Below, one piece after another: positions 18,600 through 29,300 of a stretch of 64,000 nucleotides of DNA (position 1 is the first letter of the stretch; the number at the start of each line of letters is the position of its first letter). The notes beneath the pieces are model-generated. The model saw nothing but the letters and a program-made list of their open reading frames with translations, was not told the origin of the DNA and did no database searches. The stretch comes from Saprospira grandis str. Lewin (GTDB lineage Bacteria > Bacteroidota > Bacteroidia > Chitinophagales > Saprospiraceae): assembly GCF_000250635.1 (NCBI RefSeq), contig NC_016940.1, positions 1,352,995 through 1,416,994 of the forward strand, in the 5' to 3' direction. The position numbers were made by a program, and so were the translations under genes.

Positions 18600-19043
18600 T
18601 TATTTTTTCAGTCGCATTTCGAGATAAGGATTAGTAAATCCTAATTTTTCATAAAGATGCTTAGCGGGATTATCTTTTTCTACATGCAGGGCGATATCTC
18701 CGGGGGTTTGCTCAATTGCTGCCTGCATTAGTTGTTTTCCTAGGCCTTTTCCTCTAAATTGCGCATCTACGGCAATATAGACCAGGATATTTTCGGGGAT
18801 ATAGCCGGTCATGCCTGTGCGGTTCAGCACAGTAGCGCCGGCCAATTGCCCTTGATGATAGATGCTAAAAATCTGGCCTCCAGCGGCTTGTTTTGTCTGG
18901 CCCAGGGAGTAGTCCATAGCGGCAAGAATTTGCTCTTTGGGGTCTCCGTATTGTTCTAGATGTTTAAATAAAAAGTTGGCTATTTCTTCTTTCTCCGTTT
19001 CAGTTGGCTGATTGTCAGGAGAGTAAGATTTGATCGTTGCCAT
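18600..19043 (-). CDS. GNAT-family N-acetyltransferase
   Basis: 147 aa with a QxxGxG/A-like region (RGKGLGKQLMQAAIE). Confidence 0.7.
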   Translation of the reverse strand: MATIKSYSPDNQPTETEKEEIANFLFKHLEQYGDPKEQILAAMDYSLGQTKQAAGGQIFSIYHQGQLAGATVLNRTGMTGYIPENILVYIAVDAQFRGKGLGKQLMQAAIEQTPGDIALHVEKDNPAKHLYEKLGFTNPYLEMRLKK

Positions 19044-19291
19044 TTTAAAAATAGGTATTTTAAGATTAGAAAATTTAAAAAGAACAACCCTTTAAGTTAT
19101 ACTTTGTTTTGTACAAAGGTAGGCTTTTCTGTCTGCAAAGCCAGTGAGCTAAAATACAGGAGCAGAAAAACAGTTGTCTTGAGGGGAGTTAAACTAAATT
19201 ATTATTCAAGAAATAACTAATTGTCAAACAGACTGTTAAGTAAAGATGAAAAAGCTTAAAATATAATTTGGGTTAAATTTTCTTAAGTTTT

Positions 19292-19456
19292 GCAGGGCCG
19301 AAGGCCCGCAAAGGAGCGTAGCGACGCGGCTGAGGGATGGACAGCAGTGGCCGAAGGCCAGACCCAGGCAGCTTTGCTGCCGCAGGGCCGAGCGAACAGC
19401 GAGCTGCGACACAGCCCGACCCAAGGCCGCAGGCCGCAGGGGCAGCCCCAACAAAA
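19292..19456 (-). repeat. GC-rich interspersed element, subfamily A1
   Basis: …GGATGGACAGCAGTGGCCGAAGGCCAGACCC…GCAGGGCCGAGCGAACAGCGAGCTGCGACACAGCCCGACCC…GGGGCAGCCCCAA. Ends 10 nt before the Smr-protein ATG. Confidence 0.85.
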
Positions 19457-19465
19457 AATAAAAAG

Positions 19466-20563
19466 ATGAAAGCAGGAGAAATTATACGATTTATCTATTC
19501 GGGTCAGCGGGCCGAGATTTTGGAAGATTATTTAGATGGCAGCTACCGGGTGTGGTTGTTGGAGGAAGATGAGGAGAGCATTGCCTTTGGGGATGATGTG
19601 GTGCCGGAGGCCCATTATACGGGTCCGCAGATTTCTGATATTCAGCGGGAGTTTGGCAAAAAGAAGCCGAAAAAAGCGCCTAAGGGCTTATCTACGGAAG
19701 AATTATTTTATACCAAGGAAGAGATAGAGGCTCGGAAAGCGGGTCGGCCATTGCCGAAAAAAGAGGCTCCTATTCCGGTTTATCAGGCCCCCAAGATTGA
19801 GGGCAAGGAAGCAGAAAACAAAGGCATTTACCTTGCGTTTTATCCTTATGCGCAGGGGCAATACAGCATCTATTTGGTCAATGATACGCCCTATGGATTT
19901 AACTTTGAGTTTGAGTTGCGGATTTTGCAGGAGCGGGCGCAGGAGCTCAAGCAGCATATTGGGCCACATGATTACTTTCCCATTGCGGAATTTGCGCATG
20001 CCAACTTAAATGATTCGCCTCAGCTTATTTTGCGTTTGCCTATTTTTGAGTTGGAGCACAGCTTTAAGCTCAAGTACAAGAAGTGGATCAAATTGCAGCA
20101 GGCCATTCCCCTATTGGGTTTGGAGCTAGAGGGTTATCCTTGCTTTAATTTGGCGGAGTTGGAGGCGCGCAAGGCGCAGCCCAAAACCAACTTAAAAAAG
20201 TACACCTTGGCGCAGCGCAAAAAGCAGATGCACAAGGAAATTCATCGCAGATATTACAACAAGCAAGATGCGCAGCGACTGGCGCATTTTGACTCTCGTT
20301 TAGATTTGCACATTGAGCTCATTTTTCCGGAAGACTACAAAGACCTACAGCCCTTTGAGTGTTTAGAATTTCAGATAGAGGCCTTAGAAGACTACCTCAA
20401 TCAGGCCTTAGAGATTGGCTTTTCGGGGCAGTTAGAGATCATACATGGCGTGGGCAAAGGTCGTTTGATGAAAGAAACGCATCGGCGTTTGGACCTTTTG
20501 AAGCGCAAAAAGATGATTCGGGGCTATCAGTGCGAGGGGGGCAACACCTTTGTAAAATTCTAG
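19466..20563 (+). CDS. Smr-domain protein (DUF2027-like N-terminal region plus C-terminal Smr nuclease domain)
   Basis: C-terminal LEIIHGVGKGRLMKE…L motif of Smr/MutS2 C-terminal domains. Start moved to the ATG at 19466 outside the repeat. Confidence 0.6.
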   Translation: MKAGEIIRFIYSGQRAEILEDYLDGSYRVWLLEEDEESIAFGDDVVPEAHYTGPQISDIQREFGKKKPKKAPKGLSTEELFYTKEEIEARKAGRPLPKKEAPIPVYQAPKIEGKEAENKGIYLAFYPYAQGQYSIYLVNDTPYGFNFEFELRILQERAQELKQHIGPHDYFPIAEFAHANLNDSPQLILRLPIFELEHSFKLKYKKWIKLQQAIPLLGLELEGYPCFNLAELEARKAQPKTNLKKYTLAQRKKQMHKEIHRRYYNKQDAQRLAHFDSRLDLHIELIFPEDYKDLQPFECLEFQIEALEDYLNQALEIGFSGQLEIIHGVGKGRLMKETHRRLDLLKRKKMIRGYQCEGGNTFVKF

Positions 20564-20598
20564 GCAATTTAGAATCAGGAAATTGGAGCAGAAAAGTT

Positions 20599-20628
20599 TT
20601 TGATATTAGAAAAATAAGCTTAAGTTTG
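20599..20628 (+). promoter_or_regulatory. putative promoter of the rpmI-rplT operon (TTTG … TAAGTTTG)
   Basis: TAnnTTTG motif at 20621-20628, about 40 nt upstream of the rpmI ATG. Confidence 0.35.
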
Positions 20629-20668
20629 CAGTCGATTTTCAAAAATCTGTTTAAAAAAACGTATTACC

Positions 20669-20863
20669 ATGCCTAAAGTAAAAACGCATTCAGGTGCTAA
20701 AAAACGCTTTTCGGTGACGGGTAGCGGCAAGATCAAACGTCGTCGTAGTGGAAAGAGCCACATTTTGACAAAAATGTCAAAGAAGCGTAAGCTTCGTCTA
20801 CGTCACGCAGGTCTTTGTGCTCCTGGCGATGCCAAGCGCGTGAAGAAGATGCTTAACATCTAG
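20669..20863 (+). CDS. rpmI: 50S ribosomal protein L35
   Basis: 64 aa starting [14 protein letters not shown]. Confidence 0.9.
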   Translation: MPKVKTHSGAKKRFSVTGSGKIKRRRSGKSHILTKMSKKRKLRLRHAGLCAPGDAKRVKKMLNI

Positions 20864-20972
20864 TATTAGCATCTCGAAACAATTAAGAGGCGCCTTAGTG
20901 GACAAGTTGTGGGTCCCTTCTCACCTGCACCCCAGGCCCTTATTTTATCTATCTATTTTAAACTATTAAGCT

Positions 20973-21320
20973 ATGCCACGTTCGGTAAATTCTGTAGCTT
21001 CAAGAAGAAGAAAGAAGAAAATTTTGAAGCAGGCCCGCGGTTACTTTGGAGCGAGATCTAAAGTGTATACCGTTGCCAAAAATGCGGTAGAGAAAGGTAT
21101 GCAGTATGCATACATCGGCCGTAAATTGAAAAAGCGCAGCTATCGTGCTCTTTGGATCCAGCGTATCAACGCTGCTGTTCGCCAAGAGGGCCTCAGCTAC
21201 TCTCGCTTTATGCACCTTTTGTCTCAGAGCGGTATCGAGCTCAACCGTAAAGTGTTGGCCGATCTAGCGATGAACGAGCCTGCTGCTTTCAAAGCTATCG
21301 TGAATGCGGTAAAGAAATAG
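20973..21320 (+). CDS. rplT: 50S ribosomal protein L20
   Basis: 115 aa starting [26 protein letters not shown]. Confidence 0.9.
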   Translation: MPRSVNSVASRRRKKKILKQARGYFGARSKVYTVAKNAVEKGMQYAYIGRKLKKRSYRALWIQRINAAVRQEGLSYSRFMHLLSQSGIELNRKVLADLAMNEPAAFKAIVNAVKK

Positions 21321-21360
21321 GCAATATTTCTTTGAGATGAATACCTTGAGTATTCTGCAG

Positions 21361-21399
21361 AAAAAAAGACCTCTACGCTTGGCGTAGAGGTCTTTTTTT
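21361..21399 (+). terminator. rho-independent terminator of the rpmI-rplT operon
   Basis: GACCTCTACGC-TTGG-GCGTAGAGGTC, an 11-bp perfect stem, followed by T7. Confidence 0.85.
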
Positions 21400-21450
21400 G
21401 TTGGTTTGTTCAGGATATTGTATATCTAAATAAGTTTAGGGAAGTAGAAT

Positions 21451-21627
21451 TTAGCCAATAGTCGCCTAGGGACAAGCCCCTAGGCTAATAAATGGAGTCA
21501 GCCCTAAAGGGCCTCAAGGTAAGATACTTTTTGACTTACTTGTTCTTGCGAAGAAAACAGCGTCCCTAAAGGCCCTCGCAGAGGGCTGTCTACAAAAGCT
21601 AGCCTAGGGGCTTGTCCCTAGGCAGCT
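21451..21627. mobile_element. MITE-like element, family B, with ~30-bp terminal inverted repeats (GCCAATAGTCGCCTAGGGACAAGCCCCTAGGCTA)
   Basis: The left end at 21451 and the reverse complement of the right end at 21597-21627 share CCTAGGGACAAGCCCCTAGGCTA. A matching solo end is at 30107. No ORF. Confidence 0.65.
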
Positions 21628-21654
21628 ACAACTTTTAAACAGGTCTTTTTTTGT

Positions 21655-22587
21655 TTAGCTCAGCACCATATCCTCATAGCGGATAAACTGCTCAAAGCCT
21701 TTTTTGGCAAAATAGGCTTTGGTTTCGGCCTCGCTGCGTTGGCTACTGACGAGGACGAAATCGCCGCCCCAGGCGCCTAGGGGTTTCACGGTTCCCCAGA
21801 AATCCTCAAAGAACTGAGCTTTGGGTCCTTCTTGGCCCAAGATGGCTTGCAAAAGGGCCTGATGTTCTTCGAGCAACTCCTCAAAATCTTCCAAATCCTT
21901 ACAGTATTGGGCCAGATTATGCGTAATCTGGCTAATTCTGGGAATGGGTGCTTCTCTTTCCTCTGCGGGTTTCACTTTATAGTGGACCAAAGCTTCGCGG
22001 CTGCTCTGCTTCTTATTGAGGTGCACAAAATAAAGCTGATCTTTAAACTTCGGGGCAAAGGGGGCGGGATAAGCCTGTGGTTGCCCATTAAACAAACGGT
22101 AAAGAATGGGTCCCTGGGCCTTGGCTGCGGCCAAATCATAGCCTGAGCCGCCAAAGCTTTCGGCCAGAAGTTGGTGGGCATCTACCTGCGCCCAATCGGC
22201 TAATAGACTGATTAAGGTAGAAGAAGAACCTAGGCCCCAATCTCTAGGAAACTCTAGTTTTGTGGTTACTTCTAGTCCTTGGCCATCCGCTAAAAAGTTC
22301 GGATTATGTTCTTGAGCAATTTGGAGCAAGATGAGTAGGCGCTCGGCCTCCTCGGCCTCGCCTTCAAACTTAATCAGTTCCAAATCGGGCAGGCTGACCC
22401 AAATCTCTAGCCAGCAATCGCCATTTTCTTCTAGGCTGCGCCAATGCAATTGGCCGGCCTTTTCGCCTTTTTCAACCTGCATACTTTGGCCCTTTTTGGT
22501 GGGCAATGCCAGAGCGGTAGCGCCCTCGGTCACAAAATACTCGGCCGTAAGCAAGAGCTTGCCTTTGGCATGTTGTGAAAAAATCAT
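21655..22587 (-). CDS. GHMP-kinase family protein
   Basis: GLGSSSTLISLLADWA ATP-binding motif. 310 aa. Confidence 0.6.
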   Translation of the reverse strand: MIFSQHAKGKLLLTAEYFVTEGATALALPTKKGQSMQVEKGEKAGQLHWRSLEENGDCWLEIWVSLPDLELIKFEGEAEEAERLLILLQIAQEHNPNFLADGQGLEVTTKLEFPRDWGLGSSSTLISLLADWAQVDAHQLLAESFGGSGYDLAAAKAQGPILYRLFNGQPQAYPAPFAPKFKDQLYFVHLNKKQSSREALVHYKVKPAEEREAPIPRISQITHNLAQYCKDLEDFEELLEEHQALLQAILGQEGPKAQFFEDFWGTVKPLGAWGGDFVLVSSQRSEAETKAYFAKKGFEQFIRYEDMVLS

Positions 22588-22609
22588 AGAGTTTAATTTA
22601 TTTAGTGTA

Positions 22610-23419
22610 CTATTTTCCTTCCTTCAATTCGGCCTTGCTATAATAGCTTTGGCCTCTACTATAATACTGCTCTTCCCAAGAGCGGATAGAATGCGGGAAT
22701 TTGGTTTCAAACTGAATTTTCAGGCTGCCTTTTCCCTGCGCATAAGTCAGCTGATAGTTGGCCAACTCTCCTTCTTCGCTGAGGCTTGCCTCTGCCGTTT
22801 TAGGGACCAAAAGACTGTGATACAATTGCGACAACAAACTAGAAGGCAAAAACTCAAAGCGGCCCAAAGGCAGCTTTTCTGGAGAAATGCGAATGAGCGC
22901 AAACAACTCATCTTGCAAAAGCACTTTAGGGAGGTCTCGCTGCTGATCGCCCTCCTTACTAGCATAAGAAAACTGCTGCTGCCGATAATTATAGGCCCTG
23001 AGGTTAATCTGATCAAAACGATGTCCCTCCCAGTTTTGTAAGCTATTGCTCACTTTATAACAAAAAGGCTCCGCCACCAAATCAATAGGGCGAAAAACCG
23101 ACTGCATCAACCGGTACTCCCCCTCCTTAAAACTCCGCAATTGATTGAGCTCCAAAACGGGCATAGCGCCCTCATCCTCGGCCTGCACTTCATGTTGTTT
23201 GGAGCGAGAAAAATACGCCGCCTTGAAAATAAGATGGGCTTGACCCTCATATTTTTGCCCATCTAACTCCTGGACCAAATCATAATGATTGACCTCCCGT
23301 TTGCCTGTTAACCAATAAGCCTTAAATTCTTTAGACGGCTGCCAATTAGGCCCAGCCAAAGAGGAAAAGCCCAAACAACTGGATAATAAGAAAACGGCTA
23401 AAACGGAAAACTGTCTCAT
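22610..23419 (-). CDS. hypothetical secreted protein
   Basis: N-terminal signal peptide (MRQFSVLAVFLLSSCLGFSSLA). Confidence 0.5.
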   Translation of the reverse strand: MRQFSVLAVFLLSSCLGFSSLAGPNWQPSKEFKAYWLTGKREVNHYDLVQELDGQKYEGQAHLIFKAAYFSRSKQHEVQAEDEGAMPVLELNQLRSFKEGEYRLMQSVFRPIDLVAEPFCYKVSNSLQNWEGHRFDQINLRAYNYRQQQFSYASKEGDQQRDLPKVLLQDELFALIRISPEKLPLGRFEFLPSSLLSQLYHSLLVPKTAEASLSEEGELANYQLTYAQGKGSLKIQFETKFPHSIRSWEEQYYSRGQSYYSKAELKEGK

Positions 23420-23537
23420 ATTTTGTGCTTGAAAAAGGATGAGCGAGCAAAAAAAGCAGAATATCTCTTATCTTCCCTTTAGTATGAAGTAGATTAGGAT
23501 GTTAAGACTCTCTAAATATAGCAAAAAATCAAAACTT

Positions 23538-24068
23538 ATGGCGAATTTCTCTTGGCTTCTTCTCTTGGGCTTTCTGACTTTTTCTCTATCCTATGCCAGT
23601 GCTCAAGAACTCATTAGCGACCCGGTCAGCTATGATGTTTTAGTTTTTGAACATTTCGAAAAAGGCAAAACTTACTTTATCCGAAAAGGCGGACGCATTA
23701 AGTACCGCCTCTACAACAGCCCCAAAACGACCTATAAGGGAGAGCTCCAAAAGGTCAATCGAGAAAGCATGATTGTAGATGGCCGAGAAATTCCCCTTAA
23801 AGACTGTAGCCTCATTGCGGGCCGAGTACGCAGCCCCAAAGAGTTTCAAGGCGCTATTCTCCTGGGCATGGGCGCTGGGGTCATCCCCCTATCGGCTGCC
23901 CTTTTGGGCGTCAACAGCATTGCTGGCCCTATTGTTATTGTCGGGGGCGTAGTGGTACTTACGGTAGGAATCATCCGATCTATGTCGGCCCGAAAGTTTA
24001 AAATGACTAAGGGCTGGGCTGCCTATGGCGGGCAACTACAATTTGACAGAAGTTATCAAAAACAATAA
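23538..24068 (+). CDS. hypothetical protein with signal peptide and C-terminal TM helices
   Basis: MANFSWLLLLGFLTFSLSYASAQ signal peptide. Hydrophobic block GAGVIPLSAALLGV…GPIVIVGGVVVLTVGII. Confidence 0.5.
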   Translation: MANFSWLLLLGFLTFSLSYASAQELISDPVSYDVLVFEHFEKGKTYFIRKGGRIKYRLYNSPKTTYKGELQKVNRESMIVDGREIPLKDCSLIAGRVRSPKEFQGAILLGMGAGVIPLSAALLGVNSIAGPIVIVGGVVVLTVGIIRSMSARKFKMTKGWAAYGGQLQFDRSYQKQ

Positions 24069-24069
24069 A

Positions 24070-24885
24070 ATGCTAAAATCCTGGACCTATAAAGAGCAAG
24101 GCCTCGATGCCAAAGTAGAACTCTTTCACGATCATGTTCTCTGGACCAAAACGACCGAACAACTTTATTTTTCACTGGAAGAGGCCCTTTGTCGCCCAGT
24201 TCCCATTGGGCCAAACTGGATTGATGCCGAGCTGATCGACTACCTGCAGTTGCTGCTAGACGAAGTAGAACTATCCGAGGCGGGCCAACTTATTTTTGCC
24301 TTCTACAAGGGCTTGCAAAGCCATAAACTAGTAGAACAAAGCTTCTTTTGGCCAAAACTGGAGGAAAAACAACTGCAGGCCCATTTTTCGGCCCAAGGAC
24401 TACAGCTCCTAGAAGAAAGCCCCTACCAAATTCTGCCCCTGCAAGCACAAAGACTTTGGCATTTTTATCTGCAAGGAAGCAATATCCCCGGCCTGCCCTT
24501 TAAGGAAAGAAGACTTTGGAGCGACCAAATTAAACAGCAGCTCCGCTGGCCCCAACTCGCCCCTCCTTTTGCCTTGCTCGACTATAGCCGCCTGCCCCAA
24601 AAACGCTATGAGGCCCAAGACGAAAATAATGAGCTGCATTTCCTTTGGCTAGAAGAGGATTTTGCCCGAATTGGACAGGGCCGAGGCAGCCAAAGCCGTA
24701 GCGAAAAACGAAGCTACGAACAGTTGCTCCGAGAAGGCGAAAAAGGCCTGCCCAACTGCCTAGCGGCCTATTGGCCCATGCTCTACAAACTCCTCCAAAG
24801 GATGTATATTCGAGGCCAAATGCCCCAGCATCAGGACAAACCCAGCTATGAAGGGCCCGCCCCCGGACAAGCCCCTCCTGCCTAG
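24070..24885 (+). CDS. hypothetical protein
   Basis: 272-aa ORF overlapping the previous stop by 1 nt (ATG at 24070). Confidence 0.45.
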   Translation: MLKSWTYKEQGLDAKVELFHDHVLWTKTTEQLYFSLEEALCRPVPIGPNWIDAELIDYLQLLLDEVELSEAGQLIFAFYKGLQSHKLVEQSFFWPKLEEKQLQAHFSAQGLQLLEESPYQILPLQAQRLWHFYLQGSNIPGLPFKERRLWSDQIKQQLRWPQLAPPFALLDYSRLPQKRYEAQDENNELHFLWLEEDFARIGQGRGSQSRSEKRSYEQLLREGEKGLPNCLAAYWPMLYKLLQRMYIRGQMPQHQDKPSYEGPAPGQAPPA

Positions 24886-24905
24886 TTATTGATCTTCTCT
24901 ATTTC

Positions 24906-25066
24906 TTTTTTTTGGGGCTGCCCCTTCGCTTCGCTGCGGGTCGGGCCATTGCGCAGCTCGCAGGTATGCTCGGCCCTGCACAGGCTGCGCCTGTTTGGTC
25001 TGCCGCCTGCGGCGGCCCTGCTACAGCCCCTCAGCCGATAGGCTGGGGCTTCGCCCCAGCCCCATA
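24906..25066 (+). repeat. GC-rich interspersed element, A1-like with divergent 3' half
   Basis: TTTTTTGGGGCTGCCCCTTCGC…CAGCTCGCAGGTATGCTCGGCCCTGC…CCCCTCAGCC. Confidence 0.75.
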
Positions 25067-25149
25067 AGGTATATGGCTGCGCCATATATTTAGTAAAAAA
25101 TAATTTGGCCCAGCCCAAAATAAGCCCCCAATCAAATTTATTTGCCAAC

Positions 25150-26217
25150 ATGAAATGGTTCCAACGTATCCGAAAAGCCTTTGAGGCCCTTCTAGAAGAA
25201 GATATCGAAAACGATTATGTAGATGATGGCCGCCCTTTCCGAATCTTGAGCCAAGAACGCTCCTTTTTACCCAATTCGGCCAAAGGAGACTTTAGACTCT
25301 ACCGCCTCCACCAAAGCTTTTGCGCCTGCTGGTACGAACTACTGGTCGTCCGCTCCGATGATGGCAACCTCCGTTATGAATTGCCCGGCTGGGGCCGTGC
25401 CGTAGCCATTAGCCCCGATAAAAGCAAGCTCTTAGCCGCCCGAAATAAACAGCTGGCCATATTTAATGCCGCTACCGGCCAAATGATTGGCCAAGAAAAA
25501 ACCCTAGATGCCTTTATCGATTTCCTGCTCTGGCTGCCCAATGAACAAATTGCCGCCACCGATGGAGAAAAAATCTATCTGCTCGACCAAGAGCTAGAAC
25601 TTAAAGCCATTATTCATGACCCCATAGATAAAGGAGGATTTATTGCGGGGATGCAGCTGGGCCAACATCCCCATGAAGTCATTATCCTTGATTTTAATCA
25701 TCAACAACTGAGAAAAATAGACCTGCGATCGGGGGCCATACTCAAAGAATCAACGGCCCAATATGCCGAACAACTGTTTCGACAAGATGACCGCCTCTGG
25801 ACCGCCGTAGTCAATGGGACCCAACTCCAAGAAATTCGCTTTTATAGCCTAGAAAAATTAGAAGAAAAATATGCCCTGCCCTTTAGAGGCAAAAAGGGCA
25901 TCCGCTTCGCCAACCAGCCCCCTTCCGATATTAGTTATCATCATTGGACCTCTTTGCCAGTTCTTTCTCCAGAAGAACAATTCCTGCTGGTGAATGATAA
26001 TGCCGGCCTGCTCTGGCTGCTCGATGCCCATACCGGAGACCACCGCCGGACCTTCTCGCCAAAATTGTTGCCCTATGTCTATGCCTGCCTCTGGCTCAAT
26101 GAAGAAGAATTTGTGGTCCTTTTAGAAGATGGATTTGTGGCCAAGATGAATATCCGATCTAAATCCCTTATGTTTAAACAACAAGATTTTGACCCTCAGC
26201 AAAATCGCTTCTTTTAG
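25150..26217 (+). CDS. hypothetical protein (possible beta-propeller-like)
   Basis: 356-aa ORF from the ATG at 25150. No recognised motifs. Confidence 0.5.
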   Translation: MKWFQRIRKAFEALLEEDIENDYVDDGRPFRILSQERSFLPNSAKGDFRLYRLHQSFCACWYELLVVRSDDGNLRYELPGWGRAVAISPDKSKLLAARNKQLAIFNAATGQMIGQEKTLDAFIDFLLWLPNEQIAATDGEKIYLLDQELELKAIIHDPIDKGGFIAGMQLGQHPHEVIILDFNHQQLRKIDLRSGAILKESTAQYAEQLFRQDDRLWTAVVNGTQLQEIRFYSLEKLEEKYALPFRGKKGIRFANQPPSDISYHHWTSLPVLSPEEQFLLVNDNAGLLWLLDAHTGDHRRTFSPKLLPYVYACLWLNEEEFVVLLEDGFVAKMNIRSKSLMFKQQDFDPQQNRFF

Positions 26218-26354
26218 AGGCGCGAAGCGCCTGGCCTAGCGATGTGCAGCAGTGCGGCGAAGCCGCAGACCAAGGCCGTCAGGCCGCAGGGCCGAGCGAA
26301 CAGCGAGCTGCGAAACGTAGCGCAGCAAGGCGAAGCCGCAGCTGAGGCCCCAAA
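26218..26354 (-). repeat. GC-rich interspersed element, subfamily A2
   Basis: GGCCTAGCGATGTGCAGCAGTGCGGCGAAGCCGCAGACCAAGGCCGTCAGGCCGCAGGGCCGAGCGAACAGCGAGCTGCGAAACGTAGCG…GAGGCCCCAAAA. Ends 40 nt before the helicase ATG. Confidence 0.85.
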
Positions 26355-26394
26355 ACAGACAGACAAAAAAACCTAACCCAACAATTATATTTTT

Positions 26395-29300
26395 ATGCAA
26401 AAAAAAGCAACAGAAGCGCAGTTCTTCTTTTCTCAACTGCTCAAGCTACAGCAAGTAGACCAACCTTTGGGGGCCAAATATCAGGCATTAGATGCCCTTT
26501 TGGTCCAGCTATTTTTACAATTGACCGAAAAAGAGCGCCTACATTTTAGTGATCGCTCGGCACGGATTGCCTTTTTGTCTCATAAAGAAGACCTCAGTCG
26601 CTCGGTTCAATGGCGGATCTACCAAATTATCAAGCGGGCCAAATGGATTCGCAGAAAAGAGCTGGAGCCTACGGCTGGCCAATACGCCTCGGCCCTAAAA
26701 ACCGTGGCCTTTGCCATTGCGGCCCTTTGTCATGTTCCTTTGCCCGAAGAATTGCGGGCCTATTTGCCCAGCGATGAGGAAGAAGAGCAGGAAGACCGCA
26801 ACCCCTTCCCTATTAAAGAAGGCATTATTGAGGAGCTCAAAGTGGTGGTTTTGCAAATTGATGCCGAGCAAGAGCTCATCATCTGCCAACCTTATGGAGA
26901 GGGCTATACCGACCAGCTCAGGCTGCGTTATAATGTGCCCGAAATCAATGCGCAGTTTAACTCGACCATTGAGCTGATGCAAGATCATTTTCCCGCTGGG
27001 GCCATTTTGCAATTGCTGCAGGTCTTGGTAGAAGAATCGGGAATTTTGCTGCCCAAACGCATCATCTTAGAGCCCGACTACTTGGTCGATGTGACCAGCA
27101 TTGCCGAATGTTTTCAGCCACAGGGCGCTTCGCCCTACCTCTTTTTGCTCAAAAAGTTTTCGGCCTATGAAAATAGCCTGCCGCTGATGCTGGGAAATAT
27201 TGCCAACCGCTTTTTGGACCTCTTGAGCAAGAACCCCAAGCTGAGCTTTCAGGAAGAATTCAAGAAGCTCTTTAGCCTCAATCCCTTGGGCTTTGCCGAC
27301 TTTAAGGATACCGATATTCGCAAGACCTATCATGAGGCCAAAAACCACTTTATCAACCTGCAGCATATTATCCTCAATGAGTTTCCCAAGCAGGGCATCG
27401 AGCGAGAGCGCATTTTGTTAGAGCCCTCTTTTTACTCTGCCCTTTATGGGATTCAGGGACGTTTGGACCTCTGGCAGCCGCCAGTAGAAGGCGATGATAA
27501 GGCCTTGATTGTGGAATTGAAGAGTGGCAAAACCTTTATGCCCAATAAGTATAACCTCAATCATAATCACTATGTACAGACCTTGCTCTATGGCTTGCTG
27601 ACCAAATCGGTTTATCCTAGCTATAAGAGTTTGGCCCATATTCTTTACTCCAAATTGCAAGAAAAACCGCTGCGTCTAGCCCCTAGCACGCAGTTTAAGG
27701 AGGATGAAGCCTTGGCCCTTCGCAACCAGATGGTGATGATCGAGCGGCAGCTGGCCCAATTGGACCAAAAATCACTGGAAGAATATGGCCTTTTGCATCA
27801 GTTAGGGCCTGCAATTATGCCCAAAGCTAGCGGCTATACCGCCAGAGGATTGGAAGAATTTGAGGCCTGCTTTTCTAAGCTAAGCGAGCTAGAACGCCGC
27901 TACTTTATTGCCTTTTGTAGCTTTATTGCCAAAGAACAAATTTTGGCCAAAACGGGGGTAGAAGGAAATGAACGCGCCAATGGACAAGCAGGGCTCTGGC
28001 TTAGCGAAAGAGCCGATAAAGACGAACATTTTGAGCTTTTGGCGGGGCTAGAACTACTAGAAAACAATAGCGAACAGGATCCCCCTATTCTCCGCTTTAA
28101 GCGAACGGAAAATACCAACCCCTTGGCCAATTTCAGACAGGGCGATATTGCTATTTTGTATCCCGAAATGGGCCAGGATGACAATGTCTTGAAGCATCAG
28201 ATTTTTAAGGGCTCTATTTCTCAAATCAATGCCGAAGAGCTTTGCTTCAAGCTTTACTCTCCCCAATGTAGCGGCAGCGTTTTTGAGGCGGCCAAAAGCT
28301 GGAGCTTAGAACACGATATGCTCGATAAGGGCTTTACGGTCCAATATCAATCGCTCTTCAAATTCATGAATTTCCATCCGGCCAAGCGACAGCTTTTATT
28401 GGGCCAAAGGGCCCCGCAAAAAAGCAGCGCTCCCCAAAATCGGAGCTTTATGCAGCCCTATTTGGGCGAAGACCAAAAGAGGATCCTCAACAAGGCCTTG
28501 GATGCCCAAGACTACTTTTTGTTGGTGGGCCCTCCGGGCACGGGCAAAACCAAGTTTATGCTGGCCCAAATGGTCGAATATCTCCACCGAAATAGCCAAG
28601 AAAACATCTTGCTTTTGGCCTATACCAACCGAGCTGTAGATGAAATTTGCGAAGCCATTGAGGAAGTGGGTATCCATGATTATCTGCGCATGGGCAGCCG
28701 CTATTCTTGCGATCCTCGCTTTGAACATCGGATGTTTTCGGTGCAAACAGAAGCCCTAGCTAGCCGCAAAGATCTGCGAGCGACCATCGACAAGCATCGA
28801 GTGTTTGTCTCTACGGTTTCTAGCATGCTCAACCGCCCACTTTTGCTCAAGCTCAAGCAATTTAATACTGTCATTATTGATGAGGCTTCACAGATTTTGG
28901 AGCCCATGTTGCTCGGTTTGCTTCCGCATTTTCAGCGCTTTGTGCTTATTGGCGACCATAAGCAGTTGCCGGCGGTAGTTTTGCAAGACAAAGAGCAGTC
29001 GGCGGTTAAAGATGAGTTGCTCCAAAGTATTGGCTTGCGCAATCGCCGCAACTCCCTCTTTGAGCGCTTGTTTGAGCAGGCCCAAAAAGAAGGCTGGACC
29101 CATTGCTACGATCAATTGCAGCATCAGGGGCGGATGCATGCCGAAATAGCCCGCTTTCCCAGCCAATTTTTCTATGATAATAAGTTGTTGGAACTGCCAG
29201 AAGACAATCCTATTGGCGACTGGCAGCAGCAGCCCCTGCCCTTCCGTCCGATGCCCCAGGCCTCTGCTTTGGAGCAGCTTTTGGCCCAGCATCGTCTGCT

